Shown here: positions 32,842 to 43,013 of the stretch, piece after piece
Layout of the letters: each line of letters opens with the position of its first letter
Position numbering within the stretch: the stretch's first letter is position 1
Source of the DNA: Sedimentisphaerales bacterium
Lineage (GTDB): Bacteria > Planctomycetota > Phycisphaerae > Sedimentisphaerales > Anaerobacaceae
Direction: 5' to 3'
DNA length: 64,000 nt
Assembly (NCBI GenBank): GCA_963708075.1
Contig: OY970194.1
Span: forward strand, 4,608,001-4,672,000
Program-made: the position numbers and the translations under genes
The notes under the pieces: generated by a model
Database searches by the model: none
What the model was told of the DNA's origin: nothing
The model's input: the letters and a program-made list of their open reading frames with translations, nothing else

Positions 32842-33005
32842 GGCCCAACTGCCACTTGTTTGTCGCACACCCAGGCCCGGGAGGCTCTATTGGGGCTGGT
32901 CCATTCGCCATATCTGTCTCCGGCGGCTAAAGTGGCTCTCGCGGCCGACCGATAAATGCATGAAATGGTGCAATTTCCGTGGTGCCGGAATGAACGAGAG
33001 ACACT

Positions 33006-33919
33006 ATGATCGAATGCAAATGTGAGCAATGCGGGCGAGAGTTTCCCATGAACGAGACGATCCGGGTGGTCGATCGCATCCTCTGCGACGCCTGTTGCGA
33101 TCAGTACCTGGCGGGTCGGAGCTCGCCCGAAACGAACCTGGAGCGCCAGGTGGACCCCACGATCTGCGTGAACTGCCAGAGCGACAACGGGGCGGCCGAG
33201 CTGCCCAAGCTTGCAGGGCGCCGGTGTGCGGCCAGTGCGAGGCCTTTTTCAGGAACCGGCCGTTTCCTGCCTGGATCAAGCTGGCTTTTGCGGCGGTCCT
33301 TGCGCTGGTGGCGGTCTCCCTGATCTGGAACCAGCGATTCTTCCAGGCCTATGCGGCCTCCAGGGCTTCCTTCGCCTCTCTGGCACGGGGAGATATTGAG
33401 GTGGCGTCCGCACAGATGTCCGCCGCGGCCAAACATGTCCCTGAGTGTGCCGACCTGCAAGTCATGGCCACATACTTCGAGGGCGTGGCCCTGTTGCGCG
33501 GGGATCGGTGCGCCGAGGCCCTGGCCAAGCTGGCGCAATGCAAGGGCAGGCTGCCGGAAGAACTGGGCCTGGAAACGCTCATCGTTCAGGCCAGGTGCGG
33601 CGCGACATTCGACGCGAAAGACTACGACGGATTCCTGGCGGCGGCACAAGTCCTGGAACAGAAACTGGCCACGCACTTCATGGGTAAGGCGACCGTCGCT
33701 TCCGCGTGGGCGTGCAAGTACGCCCAGACAGGAGACCCGAGCGCCCGGCAAAATGCCCTCTCCTATTTGGAGCAGGCAAGGAAGATGACGCCGGACGATC
33801 CGGAATGGAAGGAATACGAGAATCGTATTCTACACCGTCTCCACTCCCGCGAGATTCTTACACGAGCCGAATTCGCCCAGCGATTCCCCACCGGCTGGAG
33901 CGAGCAGAAACAGGAGTAA
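33006..33919 (+). CDS. Cys-rich (CxxC x4) membrane-anchored TPR-like protein, frameshift near 33219
   Basis: CEQC, CDAC, CVNC in ORF 33006 continue as CGQC, a TM helix and helical repeats in the frame of ORF 33029. Confidence 0.65.
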
Positions 33920-33922
33920 CCC

Positions 33923-34447
33923 ATGTTCTTTATCCCAGGCCAGCTCATCGCCCTCGCCACGTTTCCCGGCGTTATCGTCCACGAGGCCGCTCACATGTTC
34001 TTCTGCAAGCTCAGGCACGTGGCGGTCTTCGATGTCTGCTTCTTTCGCTTTGGCAACCCGGCCGGGTATGTCGTGCACGAGCATGCGGACAGGTTCAGCA
34101 CAACCTTTCTGATCTGCCTCGGTCCCTTCCTGATCAATTCGCTGCTGTGCATGCTGATCTGCTTCCCCGCGTTTATGCCGTTACGTGTGTTCGGCGTGAC
34201 GCACCCCCTTTCCTATTTCCTGCTCTGGCTGGGCGTGTCCATCGGCATGAACGCGTTCCCGTCCATTGGCGACGCTCACGGCCTGTGGACCCAGGCGAAG
34301 AAAGAAGTCTCCTCGTTCAACCTTCTGGCGATCATCAGCTTCCCCCTGGTGCTGGCGATCTACGCGGCCAACATCCTGCGATTCTTCTGGCTGGACTACC
34401 TCTACGGCATCGGGATCGGCTTGGGTCTGCCCGCGCTGATCTTCTGA
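33923..34447 (+). CDS. Membrane zincin-like (HExxH) metalloprotease
   Basis: PGVIVHEAAH, GPF, FPSIGD motifs; hydrophobic. Confidence 0.75.
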   Translation: MFFIPGQLIALATFPGVIVHEAAHMFFCKLRHVAVFDVCFFRFGNPAGYVVHEHADRFSTTFLICLGPFLINSLLCMLICFPAFMPLRVFGVTHPLSYFLLWLGVSIGMNAFPSIGDAHGLWTQAKKEVSSFNLLAIISFPLVLAIYAANILRFFWLDYLYGIGIGLGLPALIF

Positions 34448-34544
34448 GCGCCGGCGCAGCGCGCTCCGCATGCCGCCCTTCTGTTTCTCCTTGCCTCAGG
34501 CGGAAGAGTCCACCTATAATGCCGCCGATGACTTGGAGGACACG

Positions 34545-35726
34545 ATGATGCGCATACGAAGAGTCACATCAGTAACGCTTTCGCTGTGGATGGTCGTGCT
34601 GCTTGCTCCGGCTGGAGCTTCGGGGGCGGCAGCGAAAGCGGGGCCGCCGGAGCCTTCGGCGGCAGGGCCCTTCCCGGTGGGCGTGACGACCACGGTGTTC
34701 GTCGATGCAAGCCGCACGGACAATCTCACCAAACAGCCCCGCACGCTCGTCACGGAGATCTGGTATCCCGCCACGGATGAAGCGCGGCAAATGCCCGGGA
34801 ACAAGTACTCGGACTTCATTCCCGGCGGCGTGACCCCTGAGATCGACGCCTTGATCACCACGACGTTCAAGAGGAGCATGGCCGAGGTGGACAAGCTCTT
34901 CTGGAATGAAGCGCATCGAGGCGCACCGGTGCGCGAAGGACGATTCCCGCTGGTGATCTTCTCGCACGGCAACGGAGGCTCGCGTCATCAAAACACCTTC
35001 TGGTGCGACTACCTCGCCAGCCACGGCTACATCATCGTCTCGGCCGATCACACGGGCAACGCCCGCTGGACGATCATCGACGGCAAACCCATCGCCGCCG
35101 CGGCCGGGGAGCGGCTCAACTCCGCCAAAGACCGGCCCCTCGATGTCTGCTTCCTGCTCGACCAGATGATTCGATGGGACACAGGCGCGGACGCACGATT
35201 CGCCGGGCGGATCGATACGGAACATGCGGCCATCGCCGGCATGTCCTTCGGCTCGTTCACCGCCCACTGGGCGGCGGATCGAGAGCCGCGATTCAAGGCG
35301 GTAGTCGCGATGTCCGGCGCGCCGCCCGCTCACACGAATTTGACCGTGCCCTCGCTGCGAATGCTAGGCACAGAGGACCGAACGCTCGGCGTCCTGGGAA
35401 ACGCACTCATTCGCGACAATCATGCGAAGCACACCGGCCCCTCGTTCCTGCTGGAGATGAAGAATGGCGGACACTACTCCTTCACAGACATGTTCAAGAT
35501 CAACAAGAACTTCGGCGACGGCGTGGGAGCCGGCAAGCGGCGGGACACGAACGAGCCGTTCGAGTTCACGTCCATGGAGTTGACCTACAAGATCGTCAAC
35601 TCCTACAGCGTGGCGTTCCTCGGCTATTTCCTGAAGGGCCAGAAAGAGTACCGGGGTTTCCTGAACGAGAACCACTGGCCCGAGACCATGGCCTGGGATG
35701 TGAAGAATGCGCTGGACAAACCCTGA
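34545..35726 (+). CDS. Exported alpha/beta hydrolase (PAF-acetylhydrolase/dienelactone-like)
   Basis: EIWYPA, FSHGNGG, LASHGY, GMSFG nucleophile elbow, GHYSF. Confidence 0.85.
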   Translation: MMRIRRVTSVTLSLWMVVLLAPAGASGAAAKAGPPEPSAAGPFPVGVTTTVFVDASRTDNLTKQPRTLVTEIWYPATDEARQMPGNKYSDFIPGGVTPEIDALITTTFKRSMAEVDKLFWNEAHRGAPVREGRFPLVIFSHGNGGSRHQNTFWCDYLASHGYIIVSADHTGNARWTIIDGKPIAAAAGERLNSAKDRPLDVCFLLDQMIRWDTGADARFAGRIDTEHAAIAGMSFGSFTAHWAADREPRFKAVVAMSGAPPAHTNLTVPSLRMLGTEDRTLGVLGNALIRDNHAKHTGPSFLLEMKNGGHYSFTDMFKINKNFGDGVGAGKRRDTNEPFEFTSMELTYKIVNSYSVAFLGYFLKGQKEYRGFLNENHWPETMAWDVKNALDKP

Positions 35727-35846
35727 CCCACCCTTGGGTACCCGGGTCTGTGTTTCTTGCACTGCCCGTTCAGAGATGAAAAGCCTTGGGACTCACCCGG
35801 CTCCAGACCTCGATTTGTCGGTATCGGTGAAAATAATTGGGTAGTC

Positions 35847-35939
35847 GGGTGGCAGCGGCAAGCGGAGAGCAGCGGAGCTTGCCGATGGTGCTACGCATCT
35901 GAGGAGCCATCGGCAAGCTGGCGCTTGCCGCTGCCACCC
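35847..35939. repeat. REPIN family 1
   Basis: GGGTGGCAGCGGCAAG.. / ..CTTGCCGCTGCCACCC. Confidence 0.85.
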
Positions 35940-36101
35940 ACCACGGTGTCCCAAAACCTGCACGGGCACGTTTGTCGCTTGTCCCTTCTTCCTCCTTGCC
36001 AGAAGCGCGAATCTTGACTATGATGCTCATCAGATGCGATTTCGGCGACGGCCAGTAGGGTGGGCATCGCCCACCATCCTTCTTTTCGCAGGAGTGCGAT
36101 T

Positions 36102-36383
36102 ATGAGCGACAATTTGCCCGAGGAATTCACGCCGGAATATCTCAAAAAGGCTCTCAAGGCGTTCAAGAAACGCCTGAAACTGACGCGGCTCGACGAAGAG
36201 TCCAGCCTCGGCGGCGGCCCGTTCAGCAAGGGGGGCGGCTCCGGCATCTTCGCCATCCAGGCGCCCAGGGAGTATCCCCGCGCCGTCTGGGAAAAGCTCG
36301 TTGAGCAAGGCAAGCTCCGCGACGCCGGCTCCGGCATGTACGAACTCGTCGAAGACGCCAACACGCCCCGCAGCAGGGAATGA
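36102..36383 (+). CDS. Small conserved hypothetical protein
   Basis: AGGAG RBS; LKKALKAFKKRLKLTRLDEESSLGGGP..W..LV.QGKL. Confidence 0.7.
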   Translation: MSDNLPEEFTPEYLKKALKAFKKRLKLTRLDEESSLGGGPFSKGGGSGIFAIQAPREYPRAVWEKLVEQGKLRDAGSGMYELVEDANTPRSRE

Positions 36384-36423
36384 GGGCTTGCACATAAGCA
36401 GGGTTTGTCCCTCCCCTGCCGAA

Positions 36424-37338
36424 TCAATATCCCAGTCTGCCCCAGGTGGCTATCTGCATCCTCTGTACATCAGCGATGCCCTCCGGGGTGGTAGGCGCAT
36501 AGTTGTGTGGCGGGTCTACCGTCTTGCCGATGCGGATCGTCTCGGCCCCTCCGTACTTCCAGTAGTCGCTGTGGCCATCGGCGAAAGAGACATTCGTGCC
36601 GTCGGCGTGCCGGACAAACGGCGGGTCCCACCAACTGGGCTTGTTGTACTGGATCGCATAGGCGTCCGGAGTGATCCGGCCTTCATCGAGGAAGACGAGT
36701 CGGTAGGCCGGAACGGGGACGACAATCTCCGACCGCCTCTTCACCATCAACACCGTCTTGCCCACTCGCACGCCCTGGTTGCCGTTGAAGGTCCCGGCGG
36801 CATCGAAACAACCGTTCATCCCGTAGCTTGTGGAGTACGTACGCATCTCGCCACGAATCCCGGTGGGACACCGGTATACCTTTTCCGTCTTGCAGTAGGG
36901 AAACATCGCTCCGGCCCGGATGGCTTCCACTTGTGTATTCAGCGGCCGTTGTTCTCCCTGCATGAAACCGCTGGCACAATCGTTGCCTACCCAAAAGCGC
37001 TCGCCCTGGTGAGGACCGGAGGTGGGCACCGGCGCCATGGGAGGGGCGGTCGGCGCCGAATAGGCTTCACCGTTGACAATCTTGTCATCGTTCTCATCGG
37101 CATACATGATCCAGCAGAGGGTCAATGACTTCATGTGGTTCAGGCAGACTGCTCGTCTGCCCTGTTCTCTGGCCCGATTCAGTGAGGGCATCAGGACGGC
37201 CATCAGGACGGCGATGATGGCGATGACCACGAGGAGCTCGATGAGGGTAAATGCCTCTTGAGACCCGCTATTTCCGCGATGAGAGCCCCTCACTTCGGCC
37301 CGGATGAACTCGCTTTCTCGTTTTTGCTTGCCCATCAT
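36424..37338 (-). CDS. Prepilin-type / H-X9-DG protein
   Basis: [28 protein letters not shown]. Confidence 0.9.
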   Translation of the reverse strand: MMGKQKRESEFIRAEVRGSHRGNSGSQEAFTLIELLVVIAIIAVLMAVLMPSLNRAREQGRRAVCLNHMKSLTLCWIMYADENDDKIVNGEAYSAPTAPPMAPVPTSGPHQGERFWVGNDCASGFMQGEQRPLNTQVEAIRAGAMFPYCKTEKVYRCPTGIRGEMRTYSTSYGMNGCFDAAGTFNGNQGVRVGKTVLMVKRRSEIVVPVPAYRLVFLDEGRITPDAYAIQYNKPSWWDPPFVRHADGTNVSFADGHSDYWKYGGAETIRIGKTVDPPHNYAPTTPEGIADVQRMQIATWGRLGY

Positions 37339-37549
37339 GAAGCTCCTTCGCCGGCAACCGCTCACGGGCAGTCTCAGAGTATTGAACAACGCACCCTGTC
37401 ATCAGGCGGGCTGGACCCGGCCAGTTGTGATCGGGTCAAAACCAGCCAGTATTCTCTCCTGTTTTGTACACTTTCCGCCTTCCCCACGCAAGTGAATTCG
37501 CACCGGCGGAATCCCCGCAGGTACGCGACAAGAAAGCAGCAGTCAAGGC

Positions 37550-37628
37550 GGGTGCCATGTCCACGCTCGCGTGGACATGCTCTACCGACCGGGCAAGGCA
37601 TGCTTACGCAAGCGTAAGCATGGCACCC
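37550..37628. repeat. REPIN family 2
   Basis: GGGTGCCATGTCCACGCTCGCGTGGACATG..CATGCTTACGCAAGCGTAAGCATGGCACCC. Confidence 0.85.
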
Positions 37629-37650
37629 AGCCAAACGGCCGGAAGCCGAC

Positions 37651-37743
37651 GGGTGGCAGCGGCAAGCGGAGCCTGCGGAGCTTGCCGATGGTGGTGTGCA
37701 ACATATGGAAGCCATCGGCAAGCTGCGCTTGCCGCTGCCACCC
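37651..37743. repeat. REPIN family 1
   Basis: Inverted doublet as at 19026. Confidence 0.85.
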
Positions 37744-37840
37744 GGAGATGCGGAATACTCAGTCGCAGCGCACATCAGATAGAGAGGCTGTGCATGCCGT
37801 GGCCTGCGTGATTGCGAACGCCGGGGGAGTCTAGCCTGCG

Positions 37841-39091
37841 TCAGACCTTCTGGCGGCGCAGGCCGAAGATCGCGCCGAGCCAGGTGAATGCGCCGAGGCC
37901 CAGGAGATTCAAGGCGGTGAAGACGATCGCCGCCTCTTTCTGGCCCACGATCAGCGCCGCCATTGCGAGAGCCCCCAGAAACACCATGCCGGTGACCAGG
38001 GCCAGCGCTTTCGGATCGATCTGCGCCTCTTGATCCTTGAAGATGCGGGTGGCAGGGATGAGCAGCAGTGCCAGGTTCGCCCCGAGCAGGAAGAAATGCG
38101 GGACCATGGTGATCGCGCCGCAGACGATGGATACGATGGCGCCGAGCAGCAGCACACCGAAGATGGTGCTGCTCCATCTTTGCTGCTTCGACAGCGCGTA
38201 CCGGCCGTACTTGTTACACTGAAGCACCAGGTTGAACATGGGATCGATCAACCACGTCAAGAGGACGAAGATGGCGTAGACGACGACAATTGGGAGAATG
38301 AAGGGCGCTATGCCCGGATTCTCCCTGGCCACCGCCCTCAGAACCTTCACGAGGACAACCGCTCCGATGACCAGTCCCCCGCGGACGCGCGGCGGCAGCG
38401 TGCTCATCCAGAGAAAGAACCGCAGCAGCCATCGGTACAGGAAGTACCGTGCCTTCAGGGCTTCCACCAGCCCGTGACGCGCGTAATCGAAGTTCGGATT
38501 CAGGCGCAGGGCTTCGCTGAAGTGCTCCAAGGCTTTCTGGTGCTGGCCCTTATGCAGGTAGCTCCACCCGAGGTTCGCGTGCGTGTGCGCGTTCTCCGGG
38601 TTCTCCTGCAGGGCCTGTCCGATCGTCTGATGGGCGTCCTCGTGCCGATTCAGCTTGACCAGGGCCATGGCGCGGTGGTTGAGACATTCCTGGTGGCTCG
38701 GATCGTGGGTCAATCCCTCATTGGCGGCATCGAGCGCCTCCTGCCATCGCTGTGCCCGAAGGTAGATCAGGGCTCGCAGACCGTGGTAATCGCTCTCTTC
38801 CGGATTCAGACGAATGGCCTGTTCGACCGCCTGGCGGGCGCCTGGCAGATCGTCGCTCTGAACCTTGACCCACCCCATGATGTAGTGGCAGTAGGGTTCG
38901 TCGGGCGCCAACCCGATGGCGTGCCGCGCGGAGCTTTCTGCCTCCTGGAGCTTGTCCTGTTGGGCCAGGCTGTATGCCAGTAAAGCGTGCGTCTGAGGAT
39001 CCTCGGGCTCCTGTGCCAGGACCTGGCGCAACTCCTTCTCGGCGAGATCGTAACGGGACTGCTGCAAGAGCAGTAAAGCTCTCTGAATCAT
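37841..39091 (-). CDS. TPR-repeat protein with C-terminal multi-pass membrane domain
   Basis: About six TPRs (e.g. AHTHANLGW..ALEHFSEALRLNP) followed by ~6 hydrophobic helices. Confidence 0.85.
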   Translation of the reverse strand: MIQRALLLLQQSRYDLAEKELRQVLAQEPEDPQTHALLAYSLAQQDKLQEAESSARHAIGLAPDEPYCHYIMGWVKVQSDDLPGARQAVEQAIRLNPEESDYHGLRALIYLRAQRWQEALDAANEGLTHDPSHQECLNHRAMALVKLNRHEDAHQTIGQALQENPENAHTHANLGWSYLHKGQHQKALEHFSEALRLNPNFDYARHGLVEALKARYFLYRWLLRFFLWMSTLPPRVRGGLVIGAVVLVKVLRAVARENPGIAPFILPIVVVYAIFVLLTWLIDPMFNLVLQCNKYGRYALSKQQRWSSTIFGVLLLGAIVSIVCGAITMVPHFFLLGANLALLLIPATRIFKDQEAQIDPKALALVTGMVFLGALAMAALIVGQKEAAIVFTALNLLGLGAFTWLGAIFGLRRQKV

Positions 39092-39098
39092 GATGGTC

Positions 39099-40469
39099 CT
39101 ATCTCAGCTTCAGGTAATCGACAATGTCGTCGTAGATTCCTCCCTCGTTCGCATAGAGCGCGTAGTTGCGGGCGGAAGCGAACCACTGGCTGGTGGAAGG
39201 CTTGACCTGCTTGAGCATCCGCAACAGATCCTTCGTCGTCAGGGGTTCCGGGACCCCTTTGGCCAGAGCTTCTTCAAGCCTGTCCTCGACAGCCTGATCG
39301 ACCATGCCTTTCAGGTCCGCCCCGGAGAACTTATCGGTCTTCTTGGCAATCGCATCGTAGTCGATGTCCACCTGGGGCTTGCCGCGAAGCAGGACGCGCA
39401 GGATGGCAGCGCGGGCCTCCAGGTCCGGCGGCGGGACAAACAGCAGCCGGTCGAATCGGCCGGGCCGGCGAAATGCCGGGTCCAGGTGCCACGGGGCATT
39501 GGTGGCCGCCAGAATGAGGATCCCGTCGTTGGTGCTGTCGATACCATCCAATTCGGAGAGAAACTGGTTGATAAGATGGCGGCCGCTGCTGGCCTTGAGG
39601 TCCGCCCGGCTGGACCCCAGCGCATCGACTTCATCGAAGAACAGGACGCAGGGAGCGTGCTCCCGGGCGTTCTCGAACAACGCGTGCAGGCGCTGCTCGC
39701 TGTTGCCGATGTACATGTCGAGAACATCGTGCAGTCCCACAGAGTAGAACGCCGCATCGATCTCTCCGGCGGTGGCCCGGGCCAGGTAGGTCTTGCCGCA
39801 TCCCGGCGGGCCGTACATCAGCAGACTGCCGCCGATGGCCTTGCCGTAGGCCTGATAGACCTCCGGATGTTTCATTGGCTCAATGATCTTCAGGCGAATC
39901 TGCTTCTTCAGGTCGTCCATGCCGCCGACGTCTTTGAACCCGATATCCGGCTTTTCCATTTCCAGCAAGGGTTCGTCCGAGCGATCTTCACCGATGGGCA
40001 TGCGAATCCGCCCCTGTTCATCCACGTCGGGATCGTCCTGCCATGGCTCGGCATCCCCTGCGGGCGGAATGTCAAGCGTCGCCGCCAGGTCCGGATCGGC
40101 CAGCTCAGGATTGATCGTAACGCCCCGCTGGTAGGCCTGCGCCGCCTCGGACAATTGGCCCTTCACCAGCAGCAGCCGGGCATACTGGATGTAGTACTCC
40201 GGCTTGCAGTTCGGGCGTTTCGTGAGGTCCTCCAGAATCACCAGCGCCGCAGAGGTATTGCCCCGCTTACGGTAGCACTCCGCCAGAGTCGCTTGGAGTA
40301 CCTCGCTCGTCGATTGCTTTTCCAGCCCTTCGCGCAGGAGGGCCTCGGCCTGCTCCAGTTGGCCGCGCGCCATCAGCAAACGGGCGAGCTGACTCCGCAG
40401 CACGCTGTTCTCCGGCGACAGCTCCAGAGCCTCCCGCAACGCATTGATCGTCTCATCCTGTTCGAACAT
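39099..40469 (-). CDS. TPR + classical AAA+ ATPase
   Basis: N-terminal TPRs; DVGGM, GPPGCGKT, FFDEVD, ATNAPW..RRPGRFD. Confidence 0.9.
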   Translation of the reverse strand: MFEQDETINALREALELSPENSVLRSQLARLLMARGQLEQAEALLREGLEKQSTSEVLQATLAECYRKRGNTSAALVILEDLTKRPNCKPEYYIQYARLLLVKGQLSEAAQAYQRGVTINPELADPDLAATLDIPPAGDAEPWQDDPDVDEQGRIRMPIGEDRSDEPLLEMEKPDIGFKDVGGMDDLKKQIRLKIIEPMKHPEVYQAYGKAIGGSLLMYGPPGCGKTYLARATAGEIDAAFYSVGLHDVLDMYIGNSEQRLHALFENAREHAPCVLFFDEVDALGSSRADLKASSGRHLINQFLSELDGIDSTNDGILILAATNAPWHLDPAFRRPGRFDRLLFVPPPDLEARAAILRVLLRGKPQVDIDYDAIAKKTDKFSGADLKGMVDQAVEDRLEEALAKGVPEPLTTKDLLRMLKQVKPSTSQWFASARNYALYANEGGIYDDIVDYLKLR

Positions 40470-40503
40470 AGTTCCAATTATCAAGAAACGTCGTGATTCC
40501 CAT

Positions 40504-40728
40504 TTACCGTCGCTCTGCCTCCACCCTCTGACGTAAACCCTCAAGCGTCAAGAGTTTGCCAGGGTCTTTTTCGTATTCGGCCAACCTCCTGTCCAATTCT
40601 GCCTGGTGACTCCGGGGCACAGAAACGCCCGATGGCTCCGAAGCGATGCTGTCCCAAAGGTCTTCGAGAAGCAGGATTCGTTCCGGCACGCTCAGCCCTG
40701 CAATTTCAGGAATCTCATTGAGGCGCAT
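40504..40728 (-). CDS. Putative addiction-module antitoxin component (orphan)
   Basis: LSVPERILLLEDLWDSI..ELDRRL motif. Confidence 0.8.
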   Translation of the reverse strand: MRLNEIPEIAGLSVPERILLLEDLWDSIASEPSGVSVPRSHQAELDRRLAEYEKDPGKLLTLEGLRQRVEAERR

Positions 40729-40861
40729 CCTTCGTACTCCTACAGACCCATCCCCGCCGCTTGGTTCTTCCGGCACATCATACTCATCGGAGGACTCCGC
40801 GCCAAGCTCTCCATGCCAGAGGTCGGCAGCGAATAAGACCAAAGGTGGTCTGACCGACCAT

Positions 40862-41037
40862 GAGTTTATCGCTTTAAGCCTCCAGCATGGTTTGGTAAGA
40901 TTGCCTTGCCGCCACGGGGGATAGGGCAACGCAGGAGTGCGACCCGAGCACCATGGCGGTGCCATACGGCATGGGGCCGGTGGCTCACTCGGCGCCGGCC
41001 CCCCACAACCATGCTGGAGGCCCAAAGCGAAAAACTC
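40862..41037 (+). ncRNA. Candidate structured RNA element, copy B (free-standing)
   Basis: ~31-bp terminal IR GAGTTTATCGCTTTAAGCCTCCAGCATGGTT / AACCATGCTGGAGGCCCAAAGCGAAAAACTC; core GGATAGGGC..CCCGAGC. Confidence 0.55.
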
Positions 41038-41076
41038 CCGCCTCGCCAGAGGCGGAAATGAGACTCCTGTTTAGCG

Positions 41077-42000
41077 ATGAGAAACGAGACGATAGCTGTA
41101 GCCAAAGTACCGATTCACTTCCTCGGCTTCCTTGCGAACGTGAACGACTCCATCACAGGCCTTAGGATGGGCAACGAGTTCGCGATAGAACGGAAGTCGA
41201 ATAGTGAACTTGCGCCATTCCTGAGGCAGATTGACAAGCACTATGGATTGCAGACGGGCTTTCCCTTCTTGACTCGGAGCCATGGTTGCGTAGTAAGGCG
41301 GGAGATCGCGCAGTTTGAGGGGACGCCGCAGGGCGGTGTGGCTGTTCGGCCCCATGTGTTAAATGAGGGGCACAAGTTTGTCCGCGACAAATGCCATCTT
41401 CTCGGATTATTCAAGGAGGGTAACATCGTCCTCGCCTATTCGTTTTTGTATCACATCGCTGATGCAGACGAGGAGGTGAAGCCCTTTGGCTTCATCCGAG
41501 AGTACCCTATCTTGGACACTACGCCGTTCGCGCTGACGACCGCTGAGAAACCGGACACGGAGTCTTTCTTACGGACTACCTCGCTTCCATTGCCCAACAG
41601 CGCTCTTCAACTGGCTCTGGAGAGCTTCGATAAGTCCTACGAAACCGACGACGCTGGTTTGGCCTTTCTCTCATTGATGATTGCCATGGAAGTAGTGCTG
41701 AATCCGTCAGATCACGAGCTAAGGTATCGCGTGTCCAGGAACGCCGGCGTCTTACTAGGACGGAATCGAAATGACGGTGAGACAGTCTACAGAGAGATGA
41801 AGGAGCTATACGACAGAAGGTCCAAACTTGTACACACCGGTGACAAGTCGGTCATCGCACGTGAGGATGTCCTTAGACTACGGCACTATGTGAGGGAGAC
41901 GATCAAGGAGGCAATGAAGTCCCGGATGTCAAAAGAGGAACTTCTGAACACCCTGAATGCATGCGGTCTTGGGGAAAGGCCGTGGAGAGAGGGCCGGTAG
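41077..42000 (+). CDS. ApeA-like HEPN domain protein
   Basis: FLSLMIAME, ELRYRVSRN, LYDRRSKLVH (Rx4H); lower GC than neighbours. Confidence 0.78.
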   Translation: MRNETIAVAKVPIHFLGFLANVNDSITGLRMGNEFAIERKSNSELAPFLRQIDKHYGLQTGFPFLTRSHGCVVRREIAQFEGTPQGGVAVRPHVLNEGHKFVRDKCHLLGLFKEGNIVLAYSFLYHIADADEEVKPFGFIREYPILDTTPFALTTAEKPDTESFLRTTSLPLPNSALQLALESFDKSYETDDAGLAFLSLMIAMEVVLNPSDHELRYRVSRNAGVLLGRNRNDGETVYREMKELYDRRSKLVHTGDKSVIAREDVLRLRHYVRETIKEAMKSRMSKEELLNTLNACGLGERPWREGR

Positions 42001-42003
42001 GGT

Positions 42004-43005
42004 TTATTGCTTGCGGTACTGGCGGAGGAGGTCGAGGAGGTGTTGCATGTCGGCGGGCAGGGGGGCTTCGAATTTGACTCGCTCGTTGGTCGTGGGGTGG
42101 GTGAATTCGAGGGTCCAAGCGTGCAGGGCGCAGCGGCTGATGACGGGCTCTTCGACGGCAGGCTCGGCGTCGGCGAGTTGCCAGGGATAGACGAGCTTTC
42201 CGCCGTACATGTCGTCGGCGACGATGGGGTGCTTGATGTAGGACAGGTGGACGCGGATCTGATGGGTGCGGCCGGTGTGCGGCTCGCACTTGAGCAGGGA
42301 GAAGCCGCGAAACGCCTCGACCACCTCATAGAACGTGACGGCCTCCTTGCCGATCTCCGGGCGGATCGCATATTTCTCGCGGATCGTGGGGTGGATACCC
42401 AGCGGGGCGTTGATCCGGTCGGCGAGCAGCTCGGGCGTGCCGTGAACGATCGCAAGATACGCCTTCTTGACCTGACGGGTCTCGAACTGCTTGGCGATCC
42501 GCCACTGGGAGGTCTCGTGCTTGGTGACAACCATGACGCCGGTGGTGTCGCGGTCCAGCCGGTGCACGATGCCCGGGCGAAACTCGCCCAGCCCGCTGGA
42601 CAGCCGGTCGGAATAGTGCTTCAGGGCATTGACCAGGGTCCCATGGGTATTGCCCCGCGCGGGGTGGACGATCATGTCGGCCGACTTGTTCAGGATGATG
42701 ATGTCGTCATCTTCGTAGAGGACGTTCAGCGGGATGTCTTCCGGCATGATTTCCTTGCTCGGCGGCTCGGGGATGAGCATGTCGATGTGGTCGCCGGGGC
42801 TGAGACGAAAACTGGGCTTGACGGGCTGGCCGTTGACCTTGATGGCCCCGGAGCGGATGGCATCCTGGAGGAAATGCCGGCTGAGGTTGCGGAACCGGCC
42901 GTGCAGGTACTTATCGATCCTGCGCTCCGTGATCCCCACGCCCACCTGGAGCGTGATCGATTGCCCTTTGAGCTCCCGCAGATCCTGGGACTCGAACTCT
43001 TCCAT
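42004..43005 (-). CDS. rluD: RluA-family (RluD-like) pseudouridine synthase
   Basis: S4-like N-terminus, GIVHRLDRDTTG, TGRTHQIRVH, LHA. Confidence 0.88.
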   Translation of the reverse strand: MEEFESQDLRELKGQSITLQVGVGITERRIDKYLHGRFRNLSRHFLQDAIRSGAIKVNGQPVKPSFRLSPGDHIDMLIPEPPSKEIMPEDIPLNVLYEDDDIIILNKSADMIVHPARGNTHGTLVNALKHYSDRLSSGLGEFRPGIVHRLDRDTTGVMVVTKHETSQWRIAKQFETRQVKKAYLAIVHGTPELLADRINAPLGIHPTIREKYAIRPEIGKEAVTFYEVVEAFRGFSLLKCEPHTGRTHQIRVHLSYIKHPIVADDMYGGKLVYPWQLADAEPAVEEPVISRCALHAWTLEFTHPTTNERVKFEAPLPADMQHLLDLLRQYRKQ

Positions 43006-43013
43006 AAACCTTA

